Shown here: positions 1 to 9,603 of the stretch, in pieces | Position numbering within the stretch: the stretch's first letter is position 1 | Layout of the letters: each line of letters starts with the position of its first letter | Origin: Candidatus Harpocratesius repetitus | GTDB taxonomy: Archaea; Asgardarchaeota; Lokiarchaeia; Sigyniarchaeales; Promethearchaeaceae | Direction of reading: 5' to 3' | NCBI GenBank assembly: GCA_021498095.1 | Contig: JAIZWK010000001.1 | Span: 1,170,001-1,202,000 of the forward strand | DNA: 32,000 nucleotides | Translations under genes and position numbers: made by a program | The notes under the pieces: generated by a model | The model's database searches: none | What the model saw: the letters and a program-made list of their open reading frames with translations, nothing else | What the model was told of the DNA's origin: nothing

Positions 1-1062
1 ACCTTCATAAGAGAACGATAAATTTTCAATAGATAAGATCGGTTCAGTTCTACTAAAAGAGTTTTTCCTTATATTTTGTCCCCGTTCTTCAATTTTTGAA
101 GGTAATTCATTAATTAAAAATTGATTTTGCTTTTCAATCACTTGGTCATTTAATAATTTTAATTGATTTTGGCAGTATTTCCTTAAATACTCGAGCTGCT
201 CCGTCTGAGTTATGGGTATTGCTGATATTTTTTGTTGTTCTTCTTTTTTATTCTCTTTTTCATTATTATCAGTATCTTGATGAGAGTAAAACCAATGTAA
301 AAGTACCGGAATATCTATTCCTAATCGATATAAGACATCTTGTTTAAGTAGAGTAAAAGTTGGTTCTTTTGATTGGAGTTTGCCTTCATTAATAACGATG
401 ATTTCATCCACCGCGTTTAAAACATATTCCAAACGATGCTCCGAAATAATAATCGTTTTTCCTTCATCTTGCTGTAACTGAACTAATAAATGCATGATAT
501 CTGAAGCTGTGAGAGGATCTAAGCTGGATAAAGGTTCATCGAGTACAATTATTTCTGGATTTAATGCTAAAATGGAAGCAATTGCCACTCTTTGCTGTTC
601 TCCTCCACTTAATTCATAAGGAGAACGATTAAGTAAATTCTCAATTTTAGTTAATTTAATTGCTTTATTAATTTGTGCTGAAATATGTTGTCTTGAATAT
701 CCTAAATTTTCAAGAGCAAATGTTAATTCCCTTTCAACAGACATGGAAAAAAGTTGATTTTCGGGATTTTGAAAAACAGTACCCACGTGTTTAGATAATT
801 GTGCTGGTGAAGAATCTATTGAATCAATACCTTTGATTTTCACATATCCAAAAAACCTACCATGATAAAAATGAGGAATAAGACCATTAATAGCACGAAT
901 TAATGATGTTTTTCCAGATCCTGTTGGACCGGCTAATAAATAGAATTTTTTAGGTTCAATGATTATATTTATTTTGTTTAATGCTAATTGTTTGCTTGTT
1001 TTATATATAAATGAAAAATCTTGACATTCTATCGGATTTAAAATTGTTGATGTTGAGATCAT
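1..1062 (-). CDS. ECF-type ABC transporter ATP-binding protein with two fused ATPase domains (3'-truncated by window edge; absent from ORF track)
   Basis: Manual translation from ATG at 1062: Walker A GPTGSGKT, Q-loop FQNPENQ, signature LSGGEQQR, Walker B IVLDEP, H-loop SEH. After a linker, a second domain begins (PILSIENLSFSYEG) at the window edge. No stop in 1-1062. Confidence 0.9.
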   Translation of the reverse strand, partial: MISTSTILNPIECQDFSFIYKTSKQLALNKINIIIEPKKFYLLAGPTGSGKTSLIRAINGLIPHFYHGRFFGYVKIKGIDSIDSSPAQLSKHVGTVFQNPENQLFSMSVERELTFALENLGYSRQHISAQINKAIKLTKIENLLNRSPYELSGGEQQRVAIASILALNPEIIVLDEPLSSLDPLTASDIMHLLVQLQQDEGKTIIISEHRLEYVLNAVDEIIVINEGKLQSKEPTFTLLKQDVLYRLGIDIPVLLHWFYSHQDTDNNEKENKKEEQQKISAIPITQTEQLEYLRKYCQNQLKLLNDQVIEKQNQFLINELPSKIEERGQNIRKNSFSRTEPILSIENLSFSYEG

Positions 1063-1071
1063 TGAAGTTAC

Positions 1072-2187
1072 CTACAGTAGAAATTCGCGAAGTAGTTTTA
1101 AGAGTTTGGATTCAATAATTGGAAAGAAAAAAGCATCGAATTCTTGTTTGTTTGGTCGTTTTGCTTGCTTATCAAAAAGATTTGAGTTTTGTTTAATTGA
1201 TTCTAATGTTCCATAAGCACCAGCTGCACCATCATGCCCTCCTCCTGAACCTTGCCATTGATTTCCAAATTTAGTCATGAATTTTCCAAGGTGAAAATCA
1301 AAATTTTGTATGACTTCTTCGCGTACTCTTCCAGAGATTCGGAAAAGTAACTTTTTTCGCTCAAATGCAACAACAAAAGCAATATCTGCTCCTAAATCTA
1401 TTAATGCTTTGCATGCAGATGCTTCATAGCTACTAACATGACTAATTGCAACAATCATCCTATTTACATAATGAAGGTCTGATAGTCGTTTTGCTGCTTT
1501 CAATCGAGCTATTTTTTCAGGACGAGCCATTTTATTTGTCAAAGCAACATTTATTTCAGAAATCTTTATTTCTCTATCTAATAAAATCTTTGCGTTATCA
1601 AGTGTTCGTGCATTAGCATAGCGAAAATGACCTGTATCGGTAATAATACCTGCTAAAAGAAATTTTGCAATATTAATATCTGGTTCATATTGTAAAGTAC
1701 GGTAAAATTCAATAATAATTTCAGTTGCTGATGAGTAATCGGGGAGAATATGCATGTAATCATAACGTATTGATGCATTAAGATCAATATGATGATGATC
1801 AATAACCACAATATGATCAATTTCAATGATTTTTTTTGTAGAGTCGATAGAATATGGTGCACCTACCATTTCATAATCAGAAGTATCCACCATAATCATA
1901 AGTTCTATATGTTGAGGCCACTCCTTTTCAATAATACTTAAAGGAGAATCAAAATTGAAATGCTGAAATATATTTGCAGCTGTTTTATTTAGTTCAGGAA
2001 GTACGATTTGAATTGGAAAATTAGGACGTTTTTGGGCGATTAAACCTTTCAAACCTAATGCTGATGCCAATGCATCAGGATCAGCATTGGTATGAGCTGT
2101 AATAATTGCTGATGATACTTGCTCTATTAACGAAAAAAGATCTGAGAGAAAATCTTCATGTCGAAAAAAATCAGCAAAATAGCTCAT
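1072..2187 (-). CDS. DHH/DHHA1 family phosphoesterase (NrnA-like)
   Basis: Motifs HTNADPDALAS, MVDTS, IDHH, GIITDTGHF and C-terminal GGGHDGAAG; lies downstream of prefoldin beta, as is common in archaea. Confidence 0.9.
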   Translation of the reverse strand: MSYFADFFRHEDFLSDLFSLIEQVSSAIITAHTNADPDALASALGLKGLIAQKRPNFPIQIVLPELNKTAANIFQHFNFDSPLSIIEKEWPQHIELMIMVDTSDYEMVGAPYSIDSTKKIIEIDHIVVIDHHHIDLNASIRYDYMHILPDYSSATEIIIEFYRTLQYEPDINIAKFLLAGIITDTGHFRYANARTLDNAKILLDREIKISEINVALTNKMARPEKIARLKAAKRLSDLHYVNRMIVAISHVSSYEASACKALIDLGADIAFVVAFERKKLLFRISGRVREEVIQNFDFHLGKFMTKFGNQWQGSGGGHDGAAGAYGTLESIKQNSNLFDKQAKRPNKQEFDAFFFPIIESKLLKLLREFLL

Positions 2188-2226
2188 ACAATCACCTTCT
2201 TCTTAATTGAAAAAAAGTTTTCTTTA

Positions 2227-2595
2227 TTATGTATATCCTTGTGCTTTGAAAATTTGTTCAATTTTTTTTCGCTTTTCTTCAAATTGTGCTTCAATGCGAT
2301 TTTTATTATTTTTTAAGGATTTTATTTTTAATTCTAAGTTTTCTTTGGCATTTCTTGTGGATTCAAGCAGTTCTCCTTTAGATTTTTTGATAAAAAGCCC
2401 ACCTACAGCTTTATAAATAATTGCATCTTCATTTGCTTTTTCCAATTCATTCAAGGCTTGTTCCATGTCTTTGGCTTGAAGTTCCATCGATGTGAGTTGT
2501 TGGGTGAATAACTCTAATTGTTTTTGAATTTTCTGAAAACGGAGGATCTCTTGTTGATCTTGGGGAGAGAATTTCATATTTGAGGGGTTTTCCAT
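2227..2595 (-). CDS. pfdB: Prefoldin subunit beta
   Basis: 122 aa with coiled coil - beta hairpin (IYKAVGGLFIKK) - coiled coil, typical of prefoldin beta. Confidence 0.93.
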   Translation of the reverse strand: MENPSNMKFSPQDQQEILRFQKIQKQLELFTQQLTSMELQAKDMEQALNELEKANEDAIIYKAVGGLFIKKSKGELLESTRNAKENLELKIKSLKNNKNRIEAQFEEKRKKIEQIFKAQGYT

Positions 2596-2985
2596 AAGCT
2601 ACATTAATCATATCCTCAATTTCAAATTTGTGGTTTTAAAAAATTTCTTAAATAAATTGAGAATTTATTCAATTTCAATTAAAAATAGGAATTTTTAACC
2701 TTTAGATCTAAAAAAAATTCCTATCGCAAATAAAATGCTTAGTTTTAATTTTATCAGAATAATTCAACTTCAAATTAACTTTGAAGAGAGTAAAATAGAA
2801 GAAATAGATGATTTTTAAAGATAAAGGATCAATTAAGAGAAAGCCTATTTTTTAAATTATTCCTAAATTATCTTTCAAAGAATTGTCTTTGGCAAATTTA
2901 TTGAAATTTAGGAATAAAACGTAGATTTTTTTAATCATCTATTTCAAGTCAGTTCGCAAACCGATGTTTTGGAAATGTTTAAATC

Positions 2986-3843
2986 GTGTCGATCATGTGT
3001 TATCCTATGGTAGGACGCCCTAAAAAGGAATACCCTCCATTATTCGAGCCATTATGCATTAATTTCGAAGATGGAAGGGAAGAAATTCTAGAAATAATAC
3101 CTGTTTTGTGCCCAGAATGTCGCTCTGCTGTCGTCGGAGTATATGGCACTCATAAACGGAAAGGAAGAAGGGTTCAATATTATCAGTGTAAAAATCCTGC
3201 ATGTTCATTCAATAAAACTCACAATACTGCCCGACAATTTGCCTTGACTACATCTGGAGGTGTCAGAGAAGTGCTTGACGGCATGCTTGGCAAGATGACA
3301 AAAGAAATCATGAAAGGAAAAATCAGCCAGAGTGCTATAGCCGAAAAATATGGAGTTTCTGATGCTCTTATCTGCTATTTACGTTCTAAGATAGAGAAAA
3401 CAATTTCAAATCTGCAGGGATTAAAAAATCTGGTTGTGGAATTAACGAATGATACTGCGGTTGCAGAAGATGAAACTTTCATTCGAATTAACAGTGTACC
3501 GTTTTATATTATCATGTTCACGGGCTATACCAGTCATAAAATTCTTAGAATAAAGGTTTCAAAAACGAGGAACGAAAAAGACATCCGTGAAGTCTTTGAG
3601 GAAGCGAATCGAAATACAAAATTGCCGATAAATGTAGTTACTGCCGATGCATGGGGTGCTACACAAACAATGAGCAAGAATTTAATGCGTAAAATTACCT
3701 TAGTAATTCATAAGCATAAAAAACCCTATGATAAGGCTGTTATTTGGCATATTGATTATGAAAAAACGAAGCGGATAATCACTAAAATAGGTCTCAAAAC
3801 CAATTTTTTAAAAAACGGGGCAAGAGAGAGTATTTTTACTTAG
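2986..3843 (+). CDS. IS transposase, N-terminal part (Zn ribbon, HTH, first two catalytic Asp); likely start ATG 3007
   Basis: CPEC...YGTHKRKGRRVQYYQCKNPAC resembles the IS1 InsA Zn ribbon; HTH ISQSAIAEKYGVSDALI; DDE motifs AEDETF and VTADAWG. Confidence 0.85.
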   Translation: MSIMCYPMVGRPKKEYPPLFEPLCINFEDGREEILEIIPVLCPECRSAVVGVYGTHKRKGRRVQYYQCKNPACSFNKTHNTARQFALTTSGGVREVLDGMLGKMTKEIMKGKISQSAIAEKYGVSDALICYLRSKIEKTISNLQGLKNLVVELTNDTAVAEDETFIRINSVPFYIIMFTGYTSHKILRIKVSKTRNEKDIREVFEEANRNTKLPINVVTADAWGATQTMSKNLMRKITLVIHKHKKPYDKAVIWHIDYEKTKRIITKIGLKTNFLKNGARESIFT

Positions 3844-4376
3844 TGAATGAAGATAATTTAAGTCTACCAGTACCAAAAAAGCGGGGAAGACCAAAAGGAG
3901 TGAAGAACGGGCAAGGAAAACAAAGAAAAAATCTAAAACCAAAAATGAAGCGAGGAAGGAAAGGCCTCTTTACAGTTTTTGACAGAGGAAAACGGGGATA
4001 TGCCAAAATTGACCCTTCTCGTAAAACTCTAATATTGGCAAAAGGTGTGCTTCCTGCAGTTGCAGCTGCTTTTAGGGAAACACAAGACTTATTTTGGAAA
4101 AAGTCTATATCAAATAATCTAGCGGAGAATATAAATAGTGTGATTGAGACTCGTGTTCATTTAACTGGGCCTAAAACAGCTGAGGGTTTAGAACTGCGAC
4201 TTCGGGCATTTATTATCGCCAGAAATAACCCAGAAATCTTTGAAATTGCATTTGTCTCGCACAAATTTAGTCCAAAAATTCTCTTTAATGAATGGAATAA
4301 TTCAGGAATTAAACGACTATTTCAATTAAACGAAAATTGGGGGAAAAAAAATCAAACCGAGGTGTTAATGAATTGA
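3843..4376 (+). CDS. IS transposase, C-terminal part (-1 frame relative to the upstream ORF; carries the catalytic Glu)
   Basis: NNLAENINS fits the DDE glutamate motif. This frame is open from 3786 and overlaps the end of ORF1 across a T6A6C run, so it is probably not an independent gene. Confidence 0.8.
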   Translation: MNEDNLSLPVPKKRGRPKGVKNGQGKQRKNLKPKMKRGRKGLFTVFDRGKRGYAKIDPSRKTLILAKGVLPAVAAAFRETQDLFWKKSISNNLAENINSVIETRVHLTGPKTAEGLELRLRAFIIARNNPEIFEIAFVSHKFSPKILFNEWNNSGIKRLFQLNENWGKKNQTEVLMN

Positions 4377-4522
4377 TCCTTCGTTATTAAAAATAGCCAA
4401 GAAATACTTATAAATCTCATTATCATATATTTTAAAAAGAGTATAAATCTATTTTTTTTTTTGGAGATTAATTATTTTTATGTTCTATGTTTAAATTTAT
4501 GTTTTAACAAGGTGCTTATATT

Positions 4523-5494
4523 ATGAAAAAAAATAAAATTACAATTGGGATAATTATACTTGCATTTTTCGTTGCATTTTTAACTATCCCTCAAGTGGTT
4601 GTTGCAGCAGATGATACCAGCCTTTCAGATGTTATAGATGCTGGTAAAATTGTTGTTGGTGTTGATGCTGCGTATCCACCATTTGAGCAAAAAACTGGTG
4701 ATGTAGTTGAAGGATTTGATCCTGAAATAATGGCTTTCATTGTTGATGATATGGGAATTGAAGTTGAATGGATGGATGTGGCTTGGGATACTATTTTTAC
4801 AGGCCTTGCTGCAGGAAATTATGATTGTGTTATGTCTGCAGTTACAATTACAACTGAACGGATGGAATCAATGGATTTCACCCGCTGGTATTATTTTAGC
4901 ACTCAAGCTGTAATGGTTACACTTGATAATCCAAAGAACATCACAACTATTGAGGATGTAAATAACGCATCAGTCAAAGTTGGAGTACAAATTGCAACAA
5001 CAAGCCAATGGTATTTAGAAGATGAAGAATATGCTTCAGAAATGGTCTCGTTTGCTACGATTACCTTAGCAATTGAAGCACTCAGTTCAGGAACTGTTGA
5101 TGTTGTTTTAGGTGATTTAGCTACTTTAGTTGCAGGTCAATCTTCGAATCCTGGGAATTTTGAAATTGTCGATAAATTTAGTCCTGAGGCTTTTGGAATC
5201 GCATGTCAAAAAGGATCAACCGCTTTAGTTAATCGAATAAATGAAGCTTTAGATAAGTTATTAGGAGATGATCCTTATAATCCAGAATTTTCTGCTTATT
5301 ATAATACAAGTCATGCTAAATGGATGAATAGTTCAGTGTTTGTTGATTTGGATCAATTGAAAATTGCATTAGATGAATTAAATACAGGAAGTTCTGGACC
5401 TACCATTAGTGGTGCATCAATTTTCTCAATGGTTGCTGTAATTATAATTCCTGTTTATGGGTTAATTCGAAAATATAAGAAAAAACAATTATAA
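4523..5494 (+). CDS. Polar amino-acid ABC transporter substrate-binding protein (GlnH/PBPb family)
   Basis: GVDAAYPPFE, GFDPEI, WDTIFTGLAAGNYD, SAVTITTERMESMDFT; N-terminal signal peptide and C-terminal TM helix with basic tail. Confidence 0.93.
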   Translation: MKKNKITIGIIILAFFVAFLTIPQVVVAADDTSLSDVIDAGKIVVGVDAAYPPFEQKTGDVVEGFDPEIMAFIVDDMGIEVEWMDVAWDTIFTGLAAGNYDCVMSAVTITTERMESMDFTRWYYFSTQAVMVTLDNPKNITTIEDVNNASVKVGVQIATTSQWYLEDEEYASEMVSFATITLAIEALSSGTVDVVLGDLATLVAGQSSNPGNFEIVDKFSPEAFGIACQKGSTALVNRINEALDKLLGDDPYNPEFSAYYNTSHAKWMNSSVFVDLDQLKIALDELNTGSSGPTISGASIFSMVAVIIIPVYGLIRKYKKKQL

Positions 5495-5597
5495 TTACCT
5501 TGTTTTATGTTAGAATTCCTTTTTTTCTTTTTTCATTATTCTCATCTATTCTTTGAACTATGATTCTAAATCAATAACAATGGAGATATGTAATTAA

Positions 5598-6530
5598 ATG
5601 GAAAATTCAAATGAAAAAATAGAAATACAAGGCCCTTTATCAACAAATCGAAGAAGACGTGCGTTAGGTTTCACAAATATTAGTTTTGGATGGTGGATTT
5701 TAAGTATATTCGTTCTTTTGATTATCATTGGATTTATAAGGAAAATATTTACCCCTAATGCTAATTATTTTGATGTTTTCATATGGATTATTAATTTATT
5801 TTTAATGCCATTTGGGCTTTCATTAGGAACAATCGATTATCGCGCTCCAATAATTTTACGGGGTTTAGCCGATGGTGCATCTTTGACATTTATAATAAGT
5901 ATTTTAAGTGTGGTTGTAGGATTTTTCTTAGCTGCTTTACTTGCTATTGTTCTTGTCAATAAGAATCATTTATATGGTTTGAAAATATTAGCTCAAATGT
6001 ATGTAGATTTTTTCCGTTCTACACCTTTATTGGTTCAAATTTTGATAGTATATTTTGGATTTGCTCAAATATTTGGTAATATAATACGAAATTTAAATAT
6101 TCCAGGCTTTTCTTATGAAGTTTTTGCTGGAACTTTGGCTTTAGCACTTAATACTGCTGCATATCAAGCAGAAATTATACGGAGCGGAATATTAGCAATA
6201 CCTACAGGTCAAACAGAAGCTGCTAGAGGTTTGGGATTAACATCTTCACAAACAATGAGATATGTAATATTACCCCAAGCAATAAGGTTAATTGTTCCTC
6301 CTTTAACAAACGAATTGATTAACGTATTGTTAAATAGCTCATTGGTTTCTGCGATTGGAGTAGTGGAGCTTACAAAGATGTCTCAGACATTACAAGCAAA
6401 ATATTTTCTTTGGCAAGTATATCTAATTGGTGCGTTATTCTATTTTGTAATTGCCTATACTTTATCAAAAATTACTAAAAAATTGGAAATAAAATTAAGA
6501 ATTCCAGGATTAGGTGTAGCAAATGACTGA
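5598..6530 (+). CDS. Polar amino-acid ABC transporter permease (HisM/GlnP family)
   Basis: FFRSTPLLVQ, NTAAYQAEIIRSG, EAA loop GQTEAARGLGLT, ILPQAIR, LLNSSL. Confidence 0.95.
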   Translation: MENSNEKIEIQGPLSTNRRRRALGFTNISFGWWILSIFVLLIIIGFIRKIFTPNANYFDVFIWIINLFLMPFGLSLGTIDYRAPIILRGLADGASLTFIISILSVVVGFFLAALLAIVLVNKNHLYGLKILAQMYVDFFRSTPLLVQILIVYFGFAQIFGNIIRNLNIPGFSYEVFAGTLALALNTAAYQAEIIRSGILAIPTGQTEAARGLGLTSSQTMRYVILPQAIRLIVPPLTNELINVLLNSSLVSAIGVVELTKMSQTLQAKYFLWQVYLIGALFYFVIAYTLSKITKKLEIKLRIPGLGVAND

Positions 6531-7308
6531 AGAAAAAGTACATGAAAATTTATCAGGAACGGAACCTTTGATAGAAATAAAGAATCTCTATAAATTCTTT
6601 AAAGATTTTCAAGCAATTAAAGCACCAGGTGTCAATTTAAAAATATTTCCGAAAGAAGTATTAGTTATTATTGGAAGTAGTGGTTCAGGTAAATCGACAC
6701 TTTTAAGATGTATGAATCGCTTGATTGAACCTACTTCTGGGCAAATATTTTTTGAAGGTGTTGAGATCACAAGTCGTTCTATAAATATAGATGAAATCCG
6801 AAGGAATATCGGTATGGTTTTTCAGCAATTTAACCTATTTATGCATCTAACTGTTGGTGATAATATTAGACTACCTTTGCAAAAAGTTTTAAAACTTCCA
6901 GATGATGAAATTGAGAAGCGAGTTAAACAAGTGTTAGAGACTGTGAATTTGCTTGAAAAACTTGATAATTTTCCTGGTGAATTATCCGGAGGTCAACAAC
7001 AGCGGGTTGCTATTGCTCGAGTACTCGCAATGCGACCAAAATTAATTTTCTTTGATGAACCAACTTCAGCATTAGATCCCGAATTAACAGGGGAAGTATT
7101 ACAAGTCATGAAAAGATTAGTTACTGAATTTCATTATACTTTAGTTGTTGTAACTCATGAAATTCCCTTTGCAAAGGAAGTAGCTTCTCGAGTTATTTTT
7201 ATGGATGAAGGAGAGGTTATTTTTGAAGGAAAACCAACAGTGGTTTTTGATAATCCTCCGAATGAACGTTTACGCAAATTTCTCTCAAAAATCTTAGAAA
7301 TGAAGTAA
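6523..7308 (+). CDS. Polar amino-acid ABC transporter ATP-binding protein (GlnQ family)
   Basis: GSSGSGKST, FQQFNLF, LSGGQQQRVAIAR, FFDEPTSALDPEL, VVTHE; overlaps the permease stop by 8 nt. Confidence 0.96.
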   Translation: MTEEKVHENLSGTEPLIEIKNLYKFFKDFQAIKAPGVNLKIFPKEVLVIIGSSGSGKSTLLRCMNRLIEPTSGQIFFEGVEITSRSINIDEIRRNIGMVFQQFNLFMHLTVGDNIRLPLQKVLKLPDDEIEKRVKQVLETVNLLEKLDNFPGELSGGQQQRVAIARVLAMRPKLIFFDEPTSALDPELTGEVLQVMKRLVTEFHYTLVVVTHEIPFAKEVASRVIFMDEGEVIFEGKPTVVFDNPPNERLRKFLSKILEMK

Positions 7309-7372
7309 TTTCCATTCAATTCTTTTTTTTATATATTAAATTTGAAACAACGTTCTATTAAATCTTCAATTT

Positions 7373-8707
7373 TTGATTCAAAGTGAAAAATGTGCTTTAA
7401 ATCCAATCCAATTTGGGATCTCGCTAATAATTTCTTTGTTTCAAATATTTAAATCCTTTATATTTGTCAAAAGTCTTATATTCTCAAATGCTCCAAGATT
7501 ACATATGGGTAATCCACTAAATGGAATTATTATTATCGATTTAACTCGATTATTGCCTGGTCCTTATTGTACTATGATTTTAAGCGAGTTAGGAGCAAGA
7601 ATCATTAGAATTGAAGATCCTAATTATATTTATAGAGAATTTCCCCCTTTTTATTTCAGAGGAAAAGAAAAAAAATCCATCTTAAATACAATTTTGATGA
7701 AAAATAAGCAATCGGTTGCGTTGAATTTAAAAAATCCTACTTCACTAAAAATTTTTTATAAATTAATATCAAAAGCAGATGTTATTATCGAGAGTTTTCG
7801 CCCTGGAAAAACCGCTGATTTAAAGATTGATTATCCGACATTACAAAAAATCAATCCTTCCATTATTTATTGTTCTTTGACTGGGTATGGTCAATATGGA
7901 TGTTTGGCGGAAAAACCAGGTCATGATCTGAATTATATGGCGCTTTCTGGTAATTTACTTTTAAATAATCAAAGAATTTTTAATAAAGATAATGAAAATC
8001 CTCCTCCTGTTGTTCCAGGATTTCAAATGGCTGATTTAGGTGGGAGTTTATATAGTGTTATTGGAATTTTATCTGCATTATTCGCCAGAAATAATCACCC
8101 TAATCGATTAGGGCAACATATTGATGTATCAATGTTAGACGCTTGCTTTTCTATGAATCCAGTTGCATTAGCTTATACATTTGCTGGTGTTTCTCAAATG
8201 AATAATATTTTGATTGGTAATCAGCCGTTTTATAATATTTATAAGACAAAAGATGGAATATTCTTATCAGTTGCTGCTATAGAACATAAATTCTGGGAGA
8301 ATCTCTGTGATGGTTTGGAATTTCCCGAATATAAATCTAAACAATACGGCACTTTGCAGGAACAACTTAATATTATTGAAAAATTTTCAAAGAAATTTCA
8401 ATCAAAAACACTAAATGAATGGTTGGAATTATTCAAATCAAAAGAAGCATGTATTACCCCTGTTTTAAGTTTTAAAGAATCGGTTAATCATCCACAAATA
8501 ATTGGACGTGAAATTATTGATAAGTTTGAAGATCCTGATGTTGGAACTATAAATATTCTGAGAATTCCGATTAGATTCTCGCATTTTTCTTTACAATCAT
8601 TAAAGGAATCTCCAAAAATTGGAGATAATACTAAGGAAATTTTATTAGAACTTGGATACTCTGATAAGGCCATTTTAAATTTTGAAAAAAGTGGTTGTTT
8701 TCGATAA
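7373..8707 (+). CDS. CoA-transferase family III (CaiB/BaiF; AMACR-like); likely start ATG 7505
   Basis: IDLTRLLPGPYCTMILSELGARIIRIE, ADVIIESFRPG, SLTGYGQYG, catalytic Asp in GHDLNY. Confidence 0.92.
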   Translation: MIQSEKCALNPIQFGISLIISLFQIFKSFIFVKSLIFSNAPRLHMGNPLNGIIIIDLTRLLPGPYCTMILSELGARIIRIEDPNYIYREFPPFYFRGKEKKSILNTILMKNKQSVALNLKNPTSLKIFYKLISKADVIIESFRPGKTADLKIDYPTLQKINPSIIYCSLTGYGQYGCLAEKPGHDLNYMALSGNLLLNNQRIFNKDNENPPPVVPGFQMADLGGSLYSVIGILSALFARNNHPNRLGQHIDVSMLDACFSMNPVALAYTFAGVSQMNNILIGNQPFYNIYKTKDGIFLSVAAIEHKFWENLCDGLEFPEYKSKQYGTLQEQLNIIEKFSKKFQSKTLNEWLELFKSKEACITPVLSFKESVNHPQIIGREIIDKFEDPDVGTINILRIPIRFSHFSLQSLKESPKIGDNTKEILLELGYSDKAILNFEKSGCFR

Positions 8708-8776
8708 TAAAAATGTTATTTCTTTTTTTGCTAACTTCTTGTGATTTATATGATCTATTAATATACATTAAGTAGA

Positions 8777-9577
8777 ATGGTTTCTGCTGAATTTTTAAGA
8801 GATTTATCCATATGTCAAGACATTTTTCGACAAAAATCTCCGTTCAAGAATAAATTTGATGTGAAATTCTTAAAATTTTTGCTTTTAGAAAAAATGTCAT
8901 ATCAAAAAGTAAATCCACAAAATTCGAAAAAACATGTCTTAATTCTTGATTTAGATGGAACTGTAATTGATAATCAATATCGGCAATATAAAATTTATAA
9001 AAATATTTTAGTTCAGCAATATCCATTTCTGAAATCTTCAACCTTGACGTTTGAAGAATATAAAAAAAAGAATCCTTATTCAATTCTTTCACTATTACCA
9101 CCTTTTAATGATTCAAATTCCCAATTTCTTCAAATAAAACAAAGATTTTTGAAAGAATTTTTATCAAATAAATTCTTACATTTTGATCGGGCATATTCTG
9201 GAGTAGATAATTTCATTCGATGGTGTATTGATAAGAATATATACTTGATATTTTTGACTGGAAGGATTGAAAAGGCGATGAAAAGTGAAACATTGAAGAT
9301 TATTGAAAGATATTTTCCGTTTTTATCCAAACAAAACTTCGTTTTACAAATGAAAAAATCTTTTGATGAAGAAGATTATATTTTTAAGCAAAATTTTTTG
9401 TCTACTATTAACCGAGATAATAATTTGAATATTATCGGATTTATTGATAATGAAGCAGATATATGTAATTTAGCTGAAAAAATTTTACAAAATTCTTTAA
9501 TTATCCAGTTTAAATCACAACAATCAAATGATTCCTTCTTCTCAGGTAATAAATTATATTCTTGGGAAAATCTATAA
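8777..9577 (+). CDS. HAD-superfamily hydrolase; likely start ATG 8894
   Basis: Motif I LDLDGT, motif II FLTGR, acidic motif IV GFIDNEAD. Confidence 0.8.
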   Translation: MVSAEFLRDLSICQDIFRQKSPFKNKFDVKFLKFLLLEKMSYQKVNPQNSKKHVLILDLDGTVIDNQYRQYKIYKNILVQQYPFLKSSTLTFEEYKKKNPYSILSLLPPFNDSNSQFLQIKQRFLKEFLSNKFLHFDRAYSGVDNFIRWCIDKNIYLIFLTGRIEKAMKSETLKIIERYFPFLSKQNFVLQMKKSFDEEDYIFKQNFLSTINRDNNLNIIGFIDNEADICNLAEKILQNSLIIQFKSQQSNDSFFSGNKLYSWENL

Positions 9578-9603
9578 AATGATCAAATTTTTTATTTGAA
9601 AAA

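Larger units (their letters stand above)
2824..4381 (+). mobile_element. IS1-like insertion sequence (about 1.56 kb; ends provisional)
   Basis: Contains a split DDE transposase. Candidate 11-bp terminal inverted repeats are AAGGATCAATT (2824-2834) and AATTGATCCTT (4371-4381); the right one overlaps the transposase stop codon. No flanking direct repeat found, so the ends are less certain than the element. Confidence 0.7.

Noticed and set aside
2857-2917. 13-bp inverted repeat TTATTCCTAAATT / AATTTAGGAATAA inside the IS left end
   Set aside because: Very AT-rich with a 35-nt spacer. It could be a subterminal structure but cannot be told from chance without other copies.
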